This document shows, in pieces, positions 19,378 through 32,726 of a DNA stretch of 64,000 nt; the stretch's first letter is position 1, and each line of letters starts with the position of its first letter. The stretch is from the NCBI RefSeq assembly GCF_009914755.1, contig NC_060942.1; one strand, 5' to 3'. The notes under the pieces are model-generated. The model was not told the DNA's origin. It saw only the letters and a program-made list of their open reading frames with translations, and ran no database searches. Both the position numbers and the translations under genes were made by a program. Source of the stretch: the human T2T-CHM13v2.0 reference genome, Homo sapiens.

Positions 19378-21429
19378 AAGTTAGTATCATAACTAACAGT
19401 TAACTCAGAGACTTAAAAGACATCAAGACTCTAGTTCCTATGTTTTGAGAGGGAAACAGTCCACCTGAGAAAGCCTAGAGGGACAGAAGCAAGTTCTCAG
19501 ATAATACACATTTAAAGATATGGAAGACAATATATATTTTAACTAAGAATACTTAACAATTTTTTTTAAAATTCATTTAAGAATTTGGGTTCTGTGTGGA
19601 CTAGCGGCCAAAGTCCAACAACAACGTCTAGCATAAAATGGGAACAGCAACAGTATTGAACTCAGCTGCGGTTGTTATGAGGACTAAATAATCCATCTAA
19701 AGAAAGAACACTGCTTGATACAGAGTAAATATTCAATATATGTGAGCTACTCCTAGCAGCCAACAATTAGGAAAACACGGCTTTCGAAAAGAAAAATTAA
19801 AGCAGCAGATAAGTAAAGCTGCAACATACTATATTCAAGTGCATGACTAAATCTCCTTCCAAGATCGTGTTCTCCATTTAATGACTGCGCACCCAGACAC
19901 AAACATCTTTTAAACATACAGAAGCCTTCTCTTATACCCAGAAACAAAAGCAGCTCGACTGCTGCTTTATTTCCCCGTTTCAGTCATCCGATCCAAATCT
20001 GAAAGGGCTCCTTCTTCGGACACAAGCCAACCCACACAGCAAATCTCTCCACATAGAGGCTAACCTCCCAACCCCGCACAGAAAGAAAAGTGCTCTTAGA
20101 GTCAGCTGGAGAAACAATGTGCCAATATTTTTGCTTGCATTCCAAAATACAGCAAACTTCCTATCCCTGATGCAACCTACCAAGTCCCTTGGAAGGTCAC
20201 CGTAACAGAACTTGAAGCAATTCATAACTACCCCCACAATACAACACCGTGCAGCTGAAAGCTGCTTCCATCCATAATCAAGGCAGGTGCAAATTGTAAT
20301 TTTTTTTTTTTACAGGAAAAAATCCCTCTGAGGTGCTAAAGCAGCTTTTCCAAATACTAAGCTAAATTACTGAGCTGTTACATGAAAAACATTATTGATC
20401 TATCATTTTAAAATAAAATTTATATTGAAAATCCGTTGTTCTACTTAGCACTGCTAAGTAAACTATTTTATGGCTTGATACAATGCCCACTGCCTGTTAT
20501 ATCTCAACTACAGCAGTATTTATCAGATAATTACCAATTTTTACAACCATAAAATGTGAAACTCAGCTATTTATAGCAAATTATTTAAGAACCTGATAAG
20601 CTAAGTACACCAAAATAACCAAAGAACAGAAACAAATTTATGTGAATTCAGTGCAAAAATTCCATTTCAGCTTTTTACTCGGCATGTGATATTTCAGGGT
20701 AGCAGAAGCTCTTTGAAATACAAAGTACATTTTAAGAGATCTTAACACTTTTAAATTTAAAACATGCTATTTATAAAAAGAGCAGTATCACCAAATGCTA
20801 AATTAAGCATACTAAAGGATGAAAAAACATCTTGTTTTAATAAAAAATTTAAAAGAAGATGACTTTATAATAAAACTTTATAGCATATTATTTGAGGAAG
20901 AGAATATATTGTGAAGTTGCCAGAACTCAACTTTAATATGTATGTTAACTTTCAGCACTTACAGCATATGGGATGTGGCAGTTCCCAAGTCACCTGCATG
21001 TCTTAAGCTTTTGCCCTCTACTCAGTAGCTTTGTTCATTGTGCAGATAAGAGGCTGATGGGAAGAGAGATGCTTTCATTGAAAGATCCCAAACAAATGTT
21101 CTCAGAAAATGAAGATATTGTTCTAGAACAGAGACCAACTGTTCAGGTTAACAGAGCAAGAGCCTTCAGCACTACACTGACTTGTATTTGCTACTGTAAA
21201 AGGGAACATGTGTATTCTTCAACTCACAATAGCATTAGGTTAAAGAAAATTAAAATTAATAACTCTATGTCAGTAAGTGGATTCCACCAAATGACCAAAA
21301 ATAATACAAAGAAGAATGAAATGGGTGTTTTTCTTAAAACTTTTCATGTAATTTCATGTGGATTCAAACACTAGAAACACACCGAAGATAAAACAGCTAA
21401 GAAACACAGATAACTCTCATTAAAAAATA

Positions 21430-22600
21430 ATCTATATAAAAATCAGCTCAAAATGGATCAAATACCCAAATGTATGAGTTAAAACCATAAAACTCTTAGA
21501 AGAAAGCTAGCAGTAAATCTTTGTGACCTTGGATTTGGCAATGGTTTCTTATGTGTAAAATCAAAAACATATGCAACAGAAGAGAAAACTAAATTAGACT
21601 TCTTTAAAATTAAAATTTTTGTGCTTCAAAGGATACCATCAAGAAAGTGAAAAGATAACCCATATAGTAGAAGAAAGTATTTACAAAACATTTATCTGAT
21701 AAAGAATTTGTATCCAAAATACACAAGGAACCCTTGCCATTCAACAATGAAAAGTAACCCAATTTAAAAATGGACAAAGAATCTGAATAACCATTTATCC
21801 AAAGAAGATACACAAATGGCAACAAGCACATGAGAAGATGCTCAACATCGTTAGTCATCAGGGACATATAAATCAAAACCACAAAGAGATACCACTTCAC
21901 ACTGCACTGGGATGACTGTCATCAAAAAGAGAGACAGCAAGAATATGCAGAAACTGGAACCTTACACATTGTTCTGGAAATGTAAAATGGCACAGACACT
22001 CTGGAAAAGAGTTTGATAGTTTCTCAAACAATTAAATGTAGTTATCATATGACCCAGCAATTCCAGTTGTAGGTACGCATCCAACAGAAATGAAAACAAA
22101 TGTCCGCATAGTAACTTGTACACAGATGTCCATATCAGCAATATTCGTAACAGCCCAAAGTGGAAACAATCCAAATGTCTATCAACTGATGAATAAGTAA
22201 ACCAAATGTTGTAGATTGGTACGATGTGTTATTCAGCCATGAAAAGAAATGAAGTGTGGAAACATCCTACGACATGATGAACCTTGAAAATGCTATGTTC
22301 AGTGTAAGAAGTCAGTCACAAAAGGCCACATATTGTATGAGTCCATTTACACAAAATGTCCAATGTAGGCAAATCTACATGGACAGAAAATAAATTGGCA
22401 GCTGCCAAGCAGTAGAGAAAGGAAGGAATGAGGTGACTGCAAATGGGTGCAAGGTTTCTTTTGCTAGTGATAAAAATGTTCTGGAATTAACAAATGGTGA
22501 TGGTTGCACAACTCTGAATATACTGAAAAACTGAATTGTACACTTTTTAAAAGGGTGAATTTTATAGTATGTGAATTATTCTTCAATAAAACATGTTAAT
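21430..22600 (+). mobile_element. L1MB/L1ME-type 3' fragment
   Basis: ORF2 C-terminal region and 3'UTR (GGTGATGGTTGCACAACTCTGAATATACTGAAAAACTGAATTGTACACTTT...AATAAA). Confidence 0.85.
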
Positions 22601-24526
22601 AAAATGTTTTTAAAAGTAATTTACTATATGCAAATAGCATGGGCTCAGAGTTAAGGGGCTCAAGTCCTGCTCTGCTTTTGCCCCCAGGCTTGCTTAAATG
22701 CCAATGGCTCTGTGAACCTCAGTTGCCACCTATGTTTAAGTGCATGGCTAGGGTGCTAGGAAGAAAAGGCCTCTGGTTTCAACGGGATGATTCTATGATC
22801 ATGCCAGATATCAAAATACAGCAGCAATTCCACTGCATATTTGGGAGTCACTAGAAATTTCACATTCTATTCTGGTTTAAGTATAGTCTTCATATGAGAA
22901 ATAATCCTCAAGAGGGTTAATACTTCCAAAAAACAGAAAGGATCACAGTAAAACCAGCTGAACTAAGCCGTCCCTGGGAACCCCAAACACCCAACAATGC
23001 CAGGTCTCACCCCAGTTGTTTCCAACCTGCCCCGATGAATTAACCTAGTGCTAGCAAGTGAAAAACTCTCTATATCCCTTTTCCTATGGGCTGGTTCAGC
23101 AAATTCTAGATTGAATGCATATGTTCCTAAGGCACGAACATTTAAGTGGGTATGACTTTGTAAGATTAACAGACATGTTTGAGAGATACAGGAAAATAAA
23201 GCAGGCCCTCTTCATCTGGCTTAATTCCTATCTGTTCTTCAAGACTCAGCATAGGCAATACTTCCTTCTTGTAGCGTATCCTGCCTCCCTTCCCAACCAT
23301 CAGTATGGATCTGTCCATGACCTGAGATCCCAGAACACCTGTGCCCATGGATGTGCACAGGTGAATGAGAGAGAAAACAACCAACTGGGGTACATCTCCA
23401 CCTGGAAGTCCCATCAGCAACTCAAAGTCAGCACATCCAACCCCTGACCTCATCATCTTACTTTTCCACTCCCCAACACAAACCTGCTCTTTGATTTCTC
23501 ATTTTGGAAAGACATCAGCATCTATATAAACTAATGAATGCAGGTGGGAAAATATACACATATTAGTAAAAAGGGTAAATTACAGAATTATTAAAAGATA
23601 TATTGCTTTCACTAAACCCCCCGCCCCTGCAAAAAAAAGGCTAAAGAGCTATTATCTGGGCATCTTTCATGAAGATAAAAGAACAGATTTGTAAGCAGTA
23701 TACCTATGATCTATGTGTAAAACAGTACACCAGAAATGCTTACCAGCAGTCTGCTCTTCCAATAGGGGTATATACTCCCCCCTAGAACCCCATTCACATT
23801 GTTATTTTAAAAAGAGAGAGAAAATAAAATGAATGGCATCAATAGTCTTGTCAAAACTATTGCTATAGTAATATTTCAAGTTCATGAATTAATGAATATA
23901 AACCAGAAGTCTTCTGACGAAAGATAATCAAGCTGACTGGTTGAAGCTAAAGACTCCCAGTTTAACTAGTCAAAGTTCTATGTGTAAATATGATTTAGTT
24001 TGTTTCGCAGGACTGTAATGTTCAATCATCTTACTACAGTGTAATAAATTATTTCCACCTAAAAAAGTTTAGAATCACTATAGTAAGTCATAAATAGCTG
24101 ATTTGCACATATAATAATCCCAGAATCAAGCCATTTGGTATTAAACTAAATTCATTTTTCTGGCAAAAAAAAATATAGGTTAAGGCAATAGCAGCATGGT
24201 AGAAATTAGTCTCACAAATTATTTCAGTAGCAGAACCATGTTATTCCAGGAAGTATCATGTTGAGGTAAAATGCATGTTGCTCGTCAAGAGAAATGCTCT
24301 TAATTTTACATGATGCTCTGCCATGAGGGTGGCACAGCCTTCAAATTAATTCAGATAACAGATGGGGACATTGAAACAATGATACACAGAGCTGTGCAGC
24401 AGAAATCTCTAATGACACAAATACAATAGTAATTATTCATTTCAAAACACAGGGACTGTTGATTACTAGTACACAATAAATGGCTACCAAAATAGTCTAT
24501 CCATTTCTCAGACTGTAAGTTCCCCA

Positions 24527-24528
<2 letters not shown>

Positions 24529-24558
<30 letters not shown>
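24529..24558. repeat. (GT)15 microsatellite
   Basis: Direct reading. Confidence 0.95.
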
Positions 24559-24561
<3 letters not shown>

Positions 24562-24719
24562 ACAACAGAATTGTTCACCATTAACACAATATTCAAGGTT
24601 ATTTGCTGTAACAAAATTTTTGTAAACCAAAAGCATCACAGTGTTCACTTTGTATTATTTCACTTAATCATCACAACAAGACAAAGAGGGAGGTATTATC
24701 TCTACTTCACCTATAAACA

Positions 24720-24830
24720 CAATTTCCATACAATGTATTGCCCAATCCAAGACACTTCTGAGAATCTAAGAGGGCATAAGAAATGCAAGCTGGACTATCC
24801 TGACCAAACCAGGATGCTGGGATTCTCCAT
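24720..24830. mobile_element. MER81/MER94-like hAT-Blackjack MITE remnant inside a MIR
   Basis: CCAATCCAAGACACTTCTGAGA...GGACTATCCTGACCAAACCAGGATG resembles MER81/94; MIR core is split around it. Confidence 0.4.
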
Positions 24831-27709
24831 AGAGAGAAACAAATTCAGAAAAGTTTATTAATTTCCCAAGTTCACACACAGGGACAAGAGGAAATTGGAA
24901 ATGAAATCCGTATCTGACTGTGGTTCAAAAGAATAACAACTTCCAAAGCAAACAAAAAACAGAAGTTGACAAATGTAGTACCAATATTTCTCTATTTCCT
25001 ATTTTGTTCTAATTGTGAGTTCATCAATATGTCTTGTATGAGGCTTCCTGAGCTGATTATTATTGCTTCCATCAACACTTTTTCTCAAATCCCCTTGCAA
25101 TTCCTATAATTATTCTAGGTAAATAAATGTGGGGATTAAAACTTCAAGACACTGGGATCATAAAACTCTCTGTGAGTGCAGAGTGGAAACAGAAAAATCC
25201 AGCCGTGGTGAGTGTCATCAGGCACAACCTCCAAACAGTAACTGAGCAGCAGTATCTTATTAAAGAACGTTTACTGTATACATCATCCCAGCAGGCTCAA
25301 CTGCCACAGGCCATCAATGGCCCTGATTGTCCTGTATCCATAGAGAGCACTAATTACATGCAACTTTGCTGCTTTTAAAACTATATACACTGTTTCTACT
25401 ACAAGTGTGCACAAACAGCAGTTACAACCCTTTCAAGGCAATAATCACCACCTAATTTACATTCAGTAGGAAGCTGTGCGTGGGTTTCTGATAATTCATT
25501 TACATTTACTACACTATTCCTCCATGTTTTGAGCCAAATTTCTGAATAAAATATTACCAAATTTAAGACTATTTTTCTGGTTGGAATTTAATATATATAC
25601 CTTTAAATAAGAAACTGGCTAACTTATTTACATATCAAAACATTCAACTAAATTCTCTACTTTTGAATTTTTACTTTCGCATATTTAAAAGCTTATTAAC
25701 AAAACCATTCGTCAAATAAATTTCTGAGTCACAGTCCTATGGGCATACACTCCTTCTCCTCATATTATAAATAAATTCCCTTTATAGAAAAGTAAGGCTT
25801 TTAAAAGAAGATATATAGTCATATTAATATTAATGCAACATTTTCTTATCGCATCATAACAATGTAGTGGTGAAGTCTAGAAAACTATTTATTTTACAGG
25901 AAAGCAATAATGATGAATAGTTACCTCTCAGGATTGGTATAGATCTGGTCCTTGTTAAATCTTCCAAATTTACAGAAAGAGTTGTAAGAAATGATGTAAC
26001 TTTAGTACTAAAAGTACCAAATTTTAAAATTTCTTGATGATAGGGACCTTATACTTCCCCATCCGCTTTGCACATCATAGGCATGTTCACAAAATTGGTT
26101 TTATTTCTACAGACATTTCTCAAGTCATATTAATTAAAAGATGTGCCATGGATGAACCAAGAAACTACATAATTTAGAAGTTATGTTGTTGAAATTCTTT
26201 GTTATTATTGAGGTGTTGCCTTCCTAATCCTATACCATGTGTGTTATATCCAATAATTCAGTTGGCATTGGCTAAGTATACTGTGAGAGAGTACTGAAGA
26301 ACCTGGTGTAAAATGAAAATTATGTCATTTCACAAATAAATATATGGACATAGATAATAAAGAATTGCTATGGTGTATTTCTAAAGGGGTTTATTGTGGG
26401 ATCTCTCTTGCCCCATTGTCAAAGAGACATCTATCATTTATCAAAGTACTATTAAGGACTCAGGGTCTGAGTCCTTGGCTTCACACAGGTGGAGGGTGGT
26501 CCATGAATACTTTGAAATTATGTGAAGAACTGTGTTTATACCTATCTATTTGCAGCTTTCACAGGATCTCCAAAAAGCTAAGCAAGAATCACTGCTAATG
26601 TTGTAATCAATAAAAAATGTAAAATTATCACCTGGTACAAATGTATACTAGAGGAGGGGAGATTATCTGTTGATGTCAGAACCTAAGTGTGACCACATCC
26701 CCGATCATGTCTGTTATGCTCTTACTTGTCATTTGTGATGGCACTGGCCTGTTTCTGGCTTAATTTCCATAGCACTTGCTACTTACTCTACTCCATAATC
26801 GTAAAATGCACTCCTCAGTTACAGGAAAGGGTTTGACAACAGGTATGGGCTTTGTGACAGGTAAATACCAGAAGCAGAGGCTCTCTAGAAAGAAGGCTGG
26901 AGTTTCTTCAAGTCTCACCCCAAGGTAAATGAAGGATATTACTATACATATGTGTTTATATATATACAAATATCATATGTATGTATTTATGTACCTTTGA
27001 GGACAATTTGGGAACAAGTCTTTTACAAACCAAGAAGGAAAAATGCAAACAGTTCTTACTTTGCTGTTATATGTCACCTTCCACCCCAAGTCTTTCTTGT
27101 TGGGGAGACTGGGGTAGGAAGACAATAAACATTCAAAATAGAAAACCTTCTTCAGTGAGTAATCCCCAAGGTCCAGTTGAATTCTGCAGGGCCCTCATGG
27201 TTCTTTTTATTTCAATAGCGGGATCAGACCTCTCCTTGGTATTTTTGCTTACAGTGGTTCAACTTTCAATAAAGATGATGGACAGAAGACTCTCTCATTT
27301 TATGATAAGCAATACGAATGGGAAAACACTACTTGTTGGTCTGAGAATTAGGAAAGGCAGGCCAGAGTTTAAAGCACAAGATCTAGAACTGCCTCCGTTG
27401 CTGGCTTCTCCGCTTTTCAGCCATGTGACCTTGAGCAAATTATTCCTTATGTCAAAGAGCTCTTGAGAAGTAAATGAGATAATGTATGTAAAGTGTTGTA
27501 CAGCAGCTGGCACCATAATTAGTCCTCAATGAACACTAACTATAATTATTATACAGAAATAAACACCAACGGATTTGTTTGGGGGAATATGGAAGAGTTA
27601 CTTTTAACAGTTTTATGTGCCTTTGTTAAGAAGGTAAAAGCTATAGCTTCCTTTTTTTAAAAAGTTTTTAATCATTCATAGTAAAGTGTTATTAAAAAGC
27701 AGAAAGTTA

Positions 27710-27977
27710 GGCTGGGTGCGGGGGCTCACGCCTGCAATCCCAGCACTTTAGGAGGCCGAGGCAAGTGGATCGCTTGAGTCCAGAAGTTAGACAACATGGC
27801 GAAACCCCATCTCTACAAAACATATATATTTAAAAAAAATTAGTTGGGTGTGGTGGTGCACACCTGTAGTCCCAGCTACATAAGAGGCTGAGGTGGGTGG
27901 CTGAGGTTGCAGTGAGCTGTGATTGTGCCACTGCACTCCAGTCTGGGCAACAGAGTGAGACTGTCTCAAAAAAACAA
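27710..27977 (+). mobile_element. Alu with internal deletions
   Basis: GGCTGGGTGCGGGGGCTCACGCC...GAGACTGTCTCAAAAAAA. Confidence 0.9.
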
Positions 27978-29029
27978 AGGGTTGGGGGGCAGGCACGGTA
28001 GAAGTTTAATAAATATTCTTTCATCTTCTGTGAAGACCAGAATTATTATTTCTTATCATTACGACTATTCTAATTCTTCAAAATTTCCTTTGCAGGGAGA
28101 ATGGTGACATGCAGTAAACCAGGTTTGTTTTTTCATTTTCCTGTTAATACATAATCTTGAAGGGAGGAGAGTCTATTTTGGGTAATCACCAATGTCTACA
28201 TAAAAAGCTTAAAAGGTGAATAATTTAGGTGGAGACCCCTATGGACATTGGGCAGGCAAAGGCATAGGAACCTTTAAAAAGAATGGACAGAAAAAGCAAG
28301 CCTCCTTATGTAAGAACACTAGCCAATGGGAAAAAGTGCCATTAACTACCTCCCTTTGCCAGTAATTGCAGCTATAAAAAGAATATTATTACAGTAAGGT
28401 TAAGTTAATATCTTGCTGTCTGTGGCACAACCAGTCAGAAAATTTTTAAAGATATTCTAATATTCTGAGTACTCAGCAATCAGTATCAATCAACTTATAA
28501 CTGATCTTCTGTTCCGACTGTAACGGCTATCCTTTGCAATACTTTCTCTTCCCTGCTGGATTAGAAAATTGGCTGAAATCCTACTGCAAAATCTAAGGGT
28601 ACCTTTTAAATCCCTAAATGCAAGTCAGCAATTCTGGAGTTTAAAAAAGCTAAATCCTGTTTAAGTGATTAATTCAACCCTTATGCCAACTGTTACATAC
28701 AATTATTTAAAAGTTCTAATAAGCTGCTAAAAAAAAAACTGTTTAGGGGTTGCAACATGTGTAACCACAAGCATTAACCTTGATCTTTTACCATCATCAG
28801 CACTGGCTCAATTCTCTCTTGATCAATGTGATTCACTCGGTAGCTTGATTTATGACCATTACATTGAAATTTCCCAGTATTATTTCTCTAGCCCTGAATT
28901 CTCTCAAGATGCAAGCCCAGATTTCTGACTCCTGAACTGAATTTCCTCTTCAATACCTCAACATAGCCACAAATTATCTTGCTGCTTTCTCATACCTCCA
29001 GCCTTTAGCACTTACTGGAGTCATAATCC

Positions 29030-29744
29030 CAGCATATGGAAAGATGGTACCTCACCCTGTTGAAAGTTGGGTGTCGCCATGGGTCTTGCCAGTAACAATG
29101 ACATGTAAGAGGGATACAAGGTGCATCACTTCTGAACAGAAGCTTTAAGGGGCCAGGGCATGATTTACCATATTCTGTCTTTCCTCAACAGCTGTGGTAA
29201 TCCCAGCACTTTGGAAGGCTGAGGCAGAACTGCTTGAGCCCAGGAGATTGAGACCAGCCTTGGCAACATAAGGAAACCTCATTTCTATTAAAAAAAAAAT
29301 TAAATTAGCCAGGTGTGGTGGCACACACCTATAGTCCCAGCTACTTAGAGGGGCTGAGGTGGCAGAACCACTTGAGCCTGGGAGGCTGAGGCTGCAGTGA
29401 GTCATGATGGTGCCACTGCACTCCAGAGCTGGATGACAGAGTGAGACCTTGTCTCAAACAAAAACAAGAATGAAAACAATCATGGAAGCACAAACTGAGG
29501 CTTTTAGGCCTGGGATCCTCAATGAGGATGATGATGGAGAGCAGAGCCCCCATCCCCCCACCCCCAAGCTAGCTCATTTCATCTCAACTGTGAAGACCAG
29601 AATTATTCTTTCTTATTCCCACAACTATTCTAATTCTTCAAAATTTCATGCAGCACAAGTGAACAATAAACCCTTGCTGTTTTAAACCAACTAACACTTT
29701 GGAGTTGCTACTGCCACCAAATCTCGCCTACTCTGCCTCATACA
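29030..29744 (+). mobile_element. Old MLT1 (MLT1H-K type) MaLR LTR interrupted by an Alu and a ~70-bp templated insert
   Basis: CACTTCTGAACAGAAGCTTTAAGGGGCCAG, GGAGAGCAGAGCCCC, AATAAACCCTTGCTGTTTTAAACC and a 3' end ...CTCATACA. Confidence 0.6.
29197..29468 (+). mobile_element. 5'-truncated AluJ-like element
   Basis: Begins GTAATCCCAGCACTTTGG; ends GTGAGACCTTGTCTCAAACAAAAAC. Confidence 0.88.
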
Positions 29745-31269
29745 CTCACCTGCAACCTGCTTCTCTATCTCTGATAAGGGCATTAGTACCCAAGTCAGTA
29801 ACCTCAGGACTACTTAATGCTTCCCTCTTCCTCATATTCCATTATCCAGTTATTAATCCTGGAAATCTTACCTTATAATATTTCCCACTCACCCTGCTCC
29901 ACTACATTCCCACAAATCTAGTTTTGCCTAGAGGCCCTCTTTCTCTTTGATTATAAACCCTATAGCTTCCAAATATTGCCTAATTCCAAACTTTTTCTGC
30001 TCTAAATGATCTTCCAAAATGACCAGAATAACCCTTGTTAAACAAAAAAAAATCTGGGCCTTTCCCATATTTACAGCCCTTCAGCACTTCCCACTGTTTG
30101 TATAACAAACATTGGAGGAGCATGTTTGCAAACAGGCACTGTGCTAGGCACCACAGGAATGAGGATGAGCCATTTGCCTGGATAATGATCTTCAACATGA
30201 TGCAGTGACAGAGCCAGCTGCAGAATGTTGCTTGATACTAGCATTTAGTAAAATACTGAAATCGGTGACAAAAGGTATTTTTAAAATAAAAATTAGAGTT
30301 AAATCAAGTTAGAGTTAATTCAAGTTCTATGAAGACTTGACTTTCACTCATATTCTGACATGCTTTCTTGAGAAGGAGAAGAGATGGAGGTCATCATTAG
30401 CTAGCCAAGACGTGCACAATGGCCCAAGATTCTGCATCAAGTCCTTCCTGAGACTCTACTGATATTAGGAGCTTACATATTATTATAACATACATGACTG
30501 TAGTTTGTTACCCATTTTTATAATAGAGTTCATCAAATTTAGGACCCCAGTGAATTCTGTTGCAATCCATTCTGTTGTAACACCATCTGTCATTTGTGTC
30601 CCGGAAAGGGAAGGGATGTTAAGAGCCACCAAGTTAGCCAGATGAGAAAAGTCAAATGTCAGTATATTGCGGCTCTTCAAAATCTGTTTCCCAACTTGCC
30701 CTCCCCTAACATGCCTCTGTTCAGGCGTTCCAAACCTTTGTCAGGCCACCATTCCCTCTTTAAAACCTCACAAAATTCTACTCATTGAACAACTAGTTCA
30801 GTGATCAATTAACATTTTCTATTAAACCTGTCCCAAGAGTTGTAGGCAACATTAACTGGCCTCTGGGCTGAAGCATTTCCTTGCTTATCACATGACAGTA
30901 TTTAATTGTCTAAGCACCTACCTACTCAGTGGGCCTCTGAACTCCTTGAGGATGAGTATCACATGTATTCATCTTTGTGCACCTAGCCCTTGTTACTGTG
31001 CTTGTACAGCAGCAGGCACATGCTCCACAGCTGTTAAATGAATAGTGTGGAAACCACATACCATACTCCCACTTACCCATCAGCCTACTGATGAATGTTA
31101 GGGGAAACTGTTACTTTGAGGATCCAGAGAAGGGGGTTTTATACTTATAACTTCTACGTTTTTTTTTTTTTAAGAAACTTGGCATGTTATTAACTATAGG
31201 GTAGCAAAACTTATATAGGTATGTATGTGTGTGTGTTTACACGTGGGTGTGTGCTTGAGTATGTGTCTT

Positions 31270-32095
31270 TAACAGGTTTACTGTGACTGCTTGTATTAGT
31301 CCATTTTCACGCTGCTGATAAAGACATACCCGAGACTGGGTAATTTATAATGAAAAAGAGGTTTAATAGACTCACAGTTCCACGTGGCTGGGGAGGCCTC
31401 ACAATCATGGTGGAAAGTGAAAGGCACATCTTACGCGGCCGCAGGAAGAATGACAGAATGAGAACCAAGCAAAAGGGGAAACCTCTTAAAAAACCATCAG
31501 ATCTGGTGAGACTTATTCACTACCATGAGAACAGTACAGGGGAAACTGCACCCAGGATTCAATTATCTCCCACTGGGCCCCTCCCATAACATGTGGGAAT
31601 TAGGAGAGCTACAATTCAAGATGAGATTTGGGCGGGGACACAGCCAAACCATACCACTGCTATAATAAACTACCACAAACTGAATGGCATCAAACAATAG
31701 AAAATTTATTCTGTCACAGCTCTAGAGGCTGAAAGTCGAAAACCGAGCTGCAGGCACAGCCACACTTCCTTTGAGGGTCCTAGGAGAGATTCTGTTCCCT
31801 GCCTCGCCTAGCTTTTGGTGGCTCAGGTAAGCCTTGGTTTGTGGCTGCATTACCCCAATCTCTGCAACCATCGTTACCCTGCCTCCTTTTCTGTCTCAAA
31901 TCTCTGTTTGTCTTTCTCTCATAAGTACGTTGTCATTGGATTTAAAGCCCACTCAGGTAATCCAGAATGAACTCCTCTTAAGACTGTTAATTACATTTGC
32001 AGAGATCTTTTCTCAAAAGAAAGTAACATTCACAGGTTCCAGGGATTTCGATGTGGACAAATCTGCTGGCAGGACCCCCATTCGATCAACTACAC
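31270..32095 (-). mobile_element. MLT1C-like MaLR LTR (host of THE1B)
   Basis: ACCACAAACTGAATGGC...ATTTATTCTGTCACAGCTCTAGAGGC...GTCATTGGATTTAAAGCCCAC...ACATTCACAGGTTCC. Confidence 0.75.
31292..31656 (-). mobile_element. THE1B MaLR solo LTR nested in an MLT1C-like LTR
   Basis: Complete reverse-complement THE1B (TGGTATGGTTTGGCTGTGTCCCC...GGACTAATACA); 5-bp TSD CTGCT (31287-31291, 31657-31661). Confidence 0.9.
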
Positions 32096-32561
32096 TATGT
32101 GTGCACATGCCTGTGTGCATGTGTGTTGTATATTGTACAAAGAAGAATCCTTAAACAAGGCTCTATTGAACACCTACATGTTACCAAGGTAACACAGTTT
32201 GGAAACTGTGTTAGTGCTGGGGACACAATGATGAACATGAAAGACACAATCTCTGCCTTCATAGAGGTCAGAATCTATAGGGGGGTGGGGTGAGTATGAA
32301 AATTAAGTTATTCTTTAAAGTTGGAAAACGTAATATGAGAAAAAATTACACTATGGTTGTATATAATAGTGACCTCATCTTACCTGTTGTTAAATGAGTA
32401 AGCTAACACTTTCTCCATTAGGGATGGATGGTTCAGGGAATACTACTTGATTTTCAGTTTAGATTATCTCCCACCCTGTATTGGGACATTCACAAAAAGT
32501 CCTTGTTTCTTATGTTTGCTTTACACATTGAATTACTGGACCCAAAGATACTCCATGGCAC

Positions 32562-32726
32562 TACCACAATTCATACAATTTAGAATGCCATCACTTGCAA
32601 GACAATCATTGTTTGACAACCACCAAGACACAATGCTGCTGATAAAACTATGTCATGCCATTAACTATAAGACACATGCTGATTTCAGAGATATGAAAAT
32701 GTACACCTTAGAATCAATGAAATATG
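32562..32726. mobile_element. TcMar-Tc2 MITE (MER104-like)
   Basis: Ends resemble Tc2 TIRs (...CTTAGAATCAATGAAATATG); internal CCATTAACTATAAGACACAT. Confidence 0.45.

Noticed and set aside
26981-27466. 161-aa ORF
   Set aside because: No recognisable homology, ends in a MIR, antisense intronic location.
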